Source: Eledone cirrhosa
Taxonomy: Eukaryota
NCBI GenBank assembly: GCA_964016885.1
Contig: OZ024740.1
Span: 278,938,001 to 279,002,000 of the forward strand
Direction of reading: 5' to 3'
DNA length: 64,000 nt
The stretch's first letter is position 1; each line of letters begins with the position of its first letter. The translations under genes and the position numbers were made by a program. A model generated the notes under the pieces. That model was not told the DNA's origin. It saw only the letters and a list, made by a program, of their open reading frames with translations, and searched no databases. Shown one piece after another: positions 55,891-64,000 of the stretch.

Positions 55891-57393
55891 CTGAAAATAT
55901 CAGAATTAAAAAGTTCTTGAAACATCAAATAACAGTAAATAAAGACTTATAGAACATAATTTAAAACAATATCAAAGAAATTTTTTTTGAAGTTAAATTT
56001 TATATTATTTCATATAATGTCTATTGGGTGAAGAATTGTCAGGGGTCCTGAATGGAAGGAAGCCGCAGAAGAGGCGGTGAAGGAACTGAACTTCACAAAG
56101 GAGATGACAAAGGAAAGAAACAAGTGGAGTGATACTATATTGGAAAGGAAATGTCTAACTCATGCAAGTATGGAAAAACAAACTTAAAAACAATCATGGT
56201 GAGGATGAACCAAGTTCAAACCACTCAATATTTTTACATCGTCCAAATGTTGTGACTTCCCCCACCACCTGTTTTTACTGAAATATCTATTATATTAAAA
56301 CTGTTGTAAATTTCATGTAAAATGTTGATCATACTGGAAAGTGGATAGTGTGTTTGTGTGAGAGAGAGGAGATGGGAGCAACAATGCCAAAAAAACTTTG
56401 TTTCTAAAATCCCAGACGATTTTTAATTGAATTGTGGACTTTAAATGGGGTCAGCTAGTTTACTTTGAACATAAATTTTTACTTAGTGCACAATACATAC
56501 TGTGTATATAAGAATCACAAGTTTGCTATGTTCACCTATCCACCTCACAAGTTATCCAATTAATCTGATTTATTACAGAAAAAAGAATACCAGCTGACAT
56601 AACATTTATCATAGCTGACAACATATATGAAATAACAATAAAAAATGATTTGATATAGATAACAAAATCAAACTTTACACATTTAGCCAAACATCATAAT
56701 TTTATTACCACTTTCCATGCCAGAATGGGTTGGATGACCATGACCATATCTAGCTCCTATGTTCCTAATTTAAGAATGGTTTCTATTGTTGGATGCCTTT
56801 ATTAACACCAACCCCTTTACAAAGTAGATTCATTCATTTGTATTATCCTTATTGATTGTGTTGTCAATTTAATATTGACATATAATGATGAAAATATTTA
56901 AAGACCAGATGTATTCGTTAATCAAACTATTTGCTTTCTTTGATTTCCTTAAATAGTTAAAGTTGACGACAGTAAACATATGAGACATCTAATGTTTGCT
57001 AGTAGTGCTGAAAGGTTTAAAAGCAGTTCTACATATTTACATGTAATTATCACTATTCCAGAAGTATTTTTTTTTTTATTAATGTTCATTAGTAAAACTG
57101 CATGCTCTCACTAACTCTTTCCCTGTTTGCTAGTCAACACTGTTGGATAATGACCCATTCATTTCTATTTGTTGCACGAGTTTTCTACTTCCACATTATC
57201 CCCTGCAAACAAAAACACTAAGTTCGTATATATGTGTGTGTGTGCGAGTCCTGGATTCAATTGAGAGCAACCACAGTTATTAGGATACTCAATACACTAG
57301 TAGAGTGGTGTTTAATATAGAAATGGCTTTCCTGATGATTTATTTTGAATAAAACAGTTCTAGTTCTGTAGAAGCCATTTCTATATTAAACAT

Positions 57394-57478
<85 letters not shown>

Positions 57479-59337
57479 TTAAAAACAACAAAAAGCTGGA
57501 TTTGAAATATGCAAGTTAATGTTGCAAAACACAATACATACATTAAATTGAATATTTTGAGTCAGACTTTCTGTTGTTTTGAAATAAATATTTAACTGTT
57601 CCTGCACCAGCCACGGTGGGATACCACATCTATGATGGATGATTTACATAACATCGAGTGCTTTAACTTATTTCATTAAATCATGATTTTCTGACTGGAA
57701 TGACCAGATCTACAGTCTACTCATCCTCAGGAAATACCCTAAATTGAATGCCAACCTGTACTCATCACACCTGCTAAACAAACCATACTCACTCTCCAAA
57801 TTCGTCAAATCATACAAGGACTACCCATCCTCCCAGACATGGCTTATACAACCAGACCTTAATTGCCACCAAAAAGCGACGACAGATGTTATCAAGCTGC
57901 AACTGTCATATTACGAAGTTTCTATATACTAAAGCCAAAGCTATTATCTGCAGCGACTTCAACCCCATTACATAATAGGTCTTGCTCCACCCTCTCCAGT
58001 ATACCTTTGACCTTAAACCCTCAAACTATCCACTAAGATGGCATGATGCTGTGCTTGGGAAGCCTAGTTCTCACAACATAACATAAAAACCAAATATATA
58101 TAGAAGACTTATTGCTATCAGATCATAGGATTAATACTACCATTCAACTAAATAAATTCATATTTTATTAAATTAAAATCTTTACTCAACCAATTTTAGC
58201 TTTACCATAGAACATGTGAAACAACATAATGAAGCAGAGAGAGTGGTAGGAATCAAGATCACTAAATACAGGCATACAAAGTGGGCTACACATAAAAGAT
58301 AGACGATTGAGGTAAATGTTGATATACTGTGCAGCCGTTAATATTCTATAACAGATTCTACTCCTCAAATCTTTTCAAAAGTACATTTGAGAGTTTCTTT
58401 TCATTCACACCCATTTCTGAAACCAAGCTAAACACATTAAGCCCTATTGTTTTATCCTCCTTGCAACCCTTTAAACCAGAATTATAGAATAAAATAAGCT
58501 CTCAACCATCTAGCGTGAAATATTCACAAATAAAAACCTTTTAAACAATTTCCAATGCTTCCTTTTATCACACTATTATCAAATCAACAATAAATATCAA
58601 AGATGCTATAAAAATAATCTTGATAGCTTGAGAAATGTTTAATACAAGATGAAGAAAAAAAAAGAACCAATCTAACTCGCATTGCTTACCTTATTTGTTA
58701 GCAATTTCCCGCAATATTATCTTTTACAACTGGGAATGTCACAAGGAAAAGTCATTTTTAAAATCAAATGTTCTATGTTTGCATGAGTAGGACAGGACTT
58801 TTAAGGCAATATTTTACAGCTAAGAAGTCCTCAAAATTCAGTACCCGAACCACTACTTCTCAGTAATATAAATACTGACCTTGTGTTTTTTCTTTTATGA
58901 TAGTACACCTTATAAACCATTAAATATGATAGTGTCTGCCATGTTGTATATGCATCGTTTGAGAAATACAAGCAGTGTTGTTATTCAAATTAATTACATA
59001 CCTAAATTGCATCAAAACAATGTGTTGATTACCTACCTCAGCTTTGGATTTTTGTCTATTTCTCAGACATAAAATAGGAAGTCAGCTTATATTTGAGTAT
59101 ATATGGTAATCAAAAATTCTAATCTCATGCCTTAATTCGACATCATTTTTACATCCACTTTCTCATGCTTTTTTGAGACAGTAGTCTTCAGCAGGATGCT
59201 CTATATACTTTATTTTTTTCTTAAAGTATGTTACATCACCCAACTATATTTGAAGATACTTGCCTAATGTGCCACACAGTGGGATCAGACCCAAATCCAT
59301 GTGGTTGTATATTTCTCATCAATAGAACTATGTCTAA

Positions 59338-59533
59338 AGCATTTACATTACTCTATATTTACTATTAAATGTTAATAAAAGCTTAACTTCACATAATACC
59401 AAATCTATGAGATTTTGATATTTATTTTGAGAACAATACCTGTTCGTCAGTATGAGCAGCCAGTTATAGCTGTTTTGAACAGAAAGAGGTGAGAGAATTC
59501 TGGCAAGATATGGCCGGTTTAAATGCTAAAGGG
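59338..59533. mobile_element. piggyBac-type MITE copy (left end eroded)
   Basis: GCATTTACATTACTCTATATTTACT ... GCTAAAGGG; same orientation as the 52232 copy. Confidence 0.7.
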
Positions 59534-60321
59534 TAAGTTACATCAGCAATTAGACAGCAGCCTTATGATTAAAATAACATGACATAGTTAATCTTTAGTA
59601 GCCATTGATTTGGGGGAGGGGGGGGGGGGGGGCATACTTTTGGTACTGTCTACAAACGTAAAATAATTACAATCTTAATTCTAATTTTAATATCATGATG
59701 CTAATACCAAATAATGAAACAATAACTATTTTTGTTTTGAAAAGTAATATTTACGTCAAATTATAAATATTCGAGTATATATATATATATATATATAGTA
59801 ATTTATTCTAATACCTCTTTTATCTAAAGTTGTAATATGTGTAGGTTTGAGTATTATACTTATTGAATTGTCAAAAACATATTCACATAAGAAAACATAA
59901 ATTTTGAAATAGGATATGGGGGGGGGGGGGGGGGGGGGGGAGAGAGATTTTATGAGAAATGAAATTCAGAGGTTTTTTAATGAGGTTTTAAACTGTTTTC
60001 TAATAAACCTGACTGAATTAATTTTCAACATCACTTCCTTTATCATATTTGTTAATATCTATGCTAAAACGGGTTTGATAGCTTTTGCAAGAGTCTATAT
60101 ATGACTAAGCACTTTTTTTTAGGAGTACTTTTTTAGTAAGGTGTCTTTTCTACTGCTAAGTACAGAAGTAAGAGTGAAGTTTGAAGTAGGATATGTTTTA
60201 TCTTAGAGTAAAATACAATAACTAAAACAAAAAAAAAAACAACTAAAAATGGAACTCCTCAGCACTAAATAAAAATAATTAGCAACAGGAATACACATAC
60301 AGAGAAATACACACAACATAC

Positions 60322-60418
60322 CTGCGTTCATTTGTTGATTTAGTTGGCTTAGGGGAAGGTTTGTTCTGCCATTCACCACTTTTTAACAGTGCTTCAAAAT
60401 GAATAGGTAATGGAATTT
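60322..60418 (-). CDS. KANSL1: KANSL1 internal exon (IPLPIHFEALLKSGEWQNKPSPKPTKSTNER); upstream exons lie beyond the window or were not recognised
   Basis: Acceptor TATTTCAG, donor CAG|GTATGT, 97 nt; resembles vertebrate VPTSLHFQSMLKSQWQNKP. Confidence 0.88.
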
Positions 60419-62133
60419 CTGAAATAAAAAAAATAAAAAAAGTTACATTAGTTTCTAGAGAAATTACATTCCAATGCTTTTTAACATCAGAAACTTTGTT
60501 TGCAAAAATCACCTGGAGGAGCACCAACAACTTGACAATTCATACACACGTGTAGTAAAGGTTATGCACTATCAAGTAAAAAAGATATACAAGGAAACAC
60601 AAAGTTGTTAAATATTATAGAATTTGATGTTATAAAACAGCATAAAAACTAAACTTACAGGTGTACGAACAATGAGAAACAGAACGAAATTGTAAAAACT
60701 GTACTGAATGAGTTCGATAAATGTAGTTTATTTATGAATGGCTAAGAGAAAAAGATTAGCTATTATAATTAATAACTCTTTGCTACATAAAATAAAATTG
60801 AAATTTAATATAATCAATAGCTAAATCATAGCCAAGTAAGCTACAAAGAAAATCAGTTAATAACTGCTGATCTCAATATGTTAAAAGAAAGATTGATTAA
60901 TTTACAAGAGAACTAAAATATCCAAATATTGTGAAAGAGGTTTTTGTATATTCCCTTAGAACTTGATAACCAAGTCCTGGCCAAGTAATTCATATCTAAA
61001 TACTCTCTGTTCAGCCGTTTTTGTGCCTTATTAGTACACCTCTGATCTGCCCAGGTTCACTTCATAGTATAGAGGGAGCAAAAAACCTAGTGTCTTTCAT
61101 ATATCTGAACTACACAAATATCTGTTGAAACTATTGTTCGCTATTGTATTAAATTTTTTTAAAGACAAAATTACACAAGCATTAGAAATTTATTGAATCA
61201 ACATAACATGAAGTAATTGTTTGAAGGTCAAGTCAAGATCAAATGACAAGCACAGGCAGAAAATTTAATTGTGAATTTTGAAGTGCTACAAGATTGATTT
61301 TAGAAAGGTTGACCATTGAGACTGGCTGAAATGCAATGGCTTTAATCAATATGCAGCAAACTAACCAAGAAACAATTGTAAATAAATATGTTGAAACTCT
61401 AAGGTTTTGTCTTGTTTTTATTACACCATGCTTTGTTCCAGTGGCATATACCAACAAAAATTTCCAAAAAACTAGTTCCAAATAAAACGAACAGCCAAAG
61501 TTCAAAATGTACAATAAAATAACTGGAAGGTATGATTTTAAATAAGAACCTTACACCAAAGGTGTATAATCACCATGCTGGTATTGTGTGTGTATAATTA
61601 GATAATCCAATTTTTAAGGTCTTATAACTTGACTTTTTGTAACATGGACATATTTCAACTACAAAAATTTTATATTTACCCACAAAGATAAACATGGTTG
61701 AGATTTACTTTTTATTATTTCTGAAAGTTTCTCAATCTAAGAACAGGAAATAAAAAATAAAAAAAAAATAAAATGGAAGGGGGACCTCAAAATGTAATTA
61801 AAAATTATAAAATATTTACCAAGTGAAAAATCATTTTTAATTTTTTTTATTTTCCTCACCTTTATTTACTGGCTATACCCCAGCAGATATAATAGGTAAT
61901 ATTCCATGCATAGAACATATTCCAGCAGAAATAATAAGTAATATTCCATGCATGGAACATTTAAAAGGTATAATAAAATATGGAGCGAGAAGGAAATTAT
62001 TTCATTTAAAAATTCTACTTTTCTTTGTCAATAATCCTTTAACTAGTTTCAGTTTTTAGACTACAACCATGCTGGGGAAGCACTTCCAAGGTCAAATATA
62101 ATCAACCACAGTTGAACAGCTAGGTCTACTTAA

Positions 62134-62334
62134 CCATTTAATGCTCAAACCGGCCAGAATTTTCTACCTCTTTCTGTTGAAACTGGCTGTAACTAGTCGC
62201 TCAAACTGATGTTAAGGTATTGTTCTCAAAATAAATACTTTCAAAATCTCATAGATTCGATATTATGCGAGGGTAAAGCCTTTACCATGAAAATATAATA
62301 ATAGCATATATAGAGTAATGTGAATGCTAAAGGG
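62134..62334. mobile_element. piggyBac-type MITE copy, opposite orientation to the 52232 and 59338 copies
   Basis: TTAA flanks; reverse complement of the 59338 copy body. Confidence 0.75.
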
Positions 62335-62769
62335 TTAAACGTAGAGGCGCCTAATAATATAACATAGTATTTTTGTTCAAAGCAACAATTTATTGGCAAT
62401 CTTTTGTCTATATAATTTTGCAGTGGGGTCAAATGCTGAAATATGTAACTGTAAAGAAAACTTCATAACCACACAGCCACTCAGTGTGTCATTTGCTACT
62501 ACTTTGGAAAGTTGTGAGGTTATAATTTGCCAAAAATGCCACAATAAAATAAACATGCATAATTATTTTCCATACTTGGTGGGAAAAGTGAGGAGGTAAA
62601 AATATCCTGTACTGGCCATCAATAACCTTTGAGTACAACTATATTTCTACTTGAGTTTTTTTCAAGTTCGGTTATTAAGCATGTTGACACCCAAATAGCC
62701 ACTAGGGTTTTGTTTGAAACATGGTCTCCACAGCTTGCTGTAAGCTAGACTGTTGGACATCAGATAATG

Positions 62770-64000
62770 TGCAGACTAGAATTTTTGAGAGAATATTTTG
62801 AATGTACACTTGCTTTCACACCCAACTCTATATCAATGGTGTCAGTGCTACACTGACACACTGGTGGCAAGTTTGATTGGCAGAGGTTGATCATGTTGCA
62901 CATGATTCTCCAAAACTATGTACTTGATTGCTGACCTTATTGTGGTACCAAAACAGGCAGTGAGAATGACTCAGATCTTGTACGGATGAAACACTGCATA
63001 TGTTTAAAAGGCAAACTATCTAGAAGGCTCTCAAAATATGATAGTAAGAAATTAAAATGTACTAACAGTGCAATGTGGTTTCAACTAGAACTGCAAAATC
63101 GATTCAATGGCTTCGACATGCTAGAACTGAACTCACAACCAAAACTGATCGGCACAATCTCAAAAACCAGAGGGGACAATTCAAGAATTAATGTTTACCA
63201 GGTGCAGTCAAAAAGACTAGATATTGGGCCATACGATAGAAGTTGCCCAAATGTGCCTGAAACAATTTGCACAGAATCACTCTTGATGTAAAGCATGCAG
63301 TCTTTGTCAGGGATTTGTGAAAGCCACATCAACTTCTAAAATCAACAAAGGGCTGCTGACTTACAAGTAAAACTATCCTTAATGCCCAAGATACAGTTAT
63401 CTTGAACTTAGACAAGTATCTCAGCAGACGATGTGACCATTTTGTTAATCTAGTCTAAAGTCTGCCTTAAGCCATAAGGTTCATTTGGCCGGTGCTTATC
63501 CCAGTTTCATGGCGTGAAGCGACAGAGTACAAGTCCATCGCAGAGTTAAACCTCCAGCTATTGCTGGTACTCATTTTCAGCTGAGTATACTGGAGCAATG
63601 TGAAATGAAGTGTTTTACTCAAGAACACAACACGCAGCCCAGGAATTGAACCCATGACATTATGATCATAAGTCCAACATTCTTACCACTAGGCCACTCC
63701 ACTAACTGTGGGGTAGCCAAAAACTGAGAAACAACAAGACTCCAAAAGAAGATGGTTTATCTGCTGAAATCTTCAAAAGCTGTTTTGACATCTTTGCTCT
63801 CTGGTGCACAATGTGATCTCAACTATCTTGGACATGGAATCTCTTCCACATGTCTGGAATGATATCACTCTTCTTGAAGAAAAAAAGAAGTGTAAGTGCT
63901 GTTGTAATAACTATTGGGGAATCAGTTTGATAGATATTGTGGCCAAGAAGATAGTCACCATCATTCTTCTACAATGATTTCAACGTGAACATACACCTGA
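62770..64000 (+). mobile_element. Degenerate RTE-like LINE interrupted by a SINE at about 63455-63700 (-)
   Basis: Homologous to 33150 onward (AAAACAGGCAGTGAGAA; FQLELQNRF; DGLSAEIFK; NYWGISLIDIVAK). Confidence 0.65.

Noticed and set aside
61879-61962. 43-bp tandem duplication in a KANSL1 intron (similar short duplication at about 3748-3793)
   Set aside because: Ordinary slippage duplication with no sign of function

Overview
AT-rich, repeat-dense eukaryotic genomic DNA. The SINE families, RTE/CR1/Penelope remnants and very long (TA)n/(GA)n tracts suggest a mollusc, probably an octopus (inference). Three spliced genes are visible. (1) The first coding exon of a minus-strand gene (7544-6644) with a low-complexity N-terminus, plausibly SIRT1 from its PKRPR motif and head-to-head position with DNAJC12. 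(2) A complete 5-exon DNAJC12 on + (28624-42891, 147 aa). (3) The last six coding exons of KANSL1/NSL1 on - (60418-47361, PEHE region). The most striking non-genic feature is a 15-21.5 kb cluster of fold-back inverted repeats inside (TA)n microsatellites. Two of these carry complete type I hammerhead ribozyme folds with compensatory stems (15937-16002 + with mirror copy 15717-15782 -, and 18984-19050 -), and several degenerate hammerhead-like motifs lie nearby. All calls were made by eye; no alignment or folding was computed.
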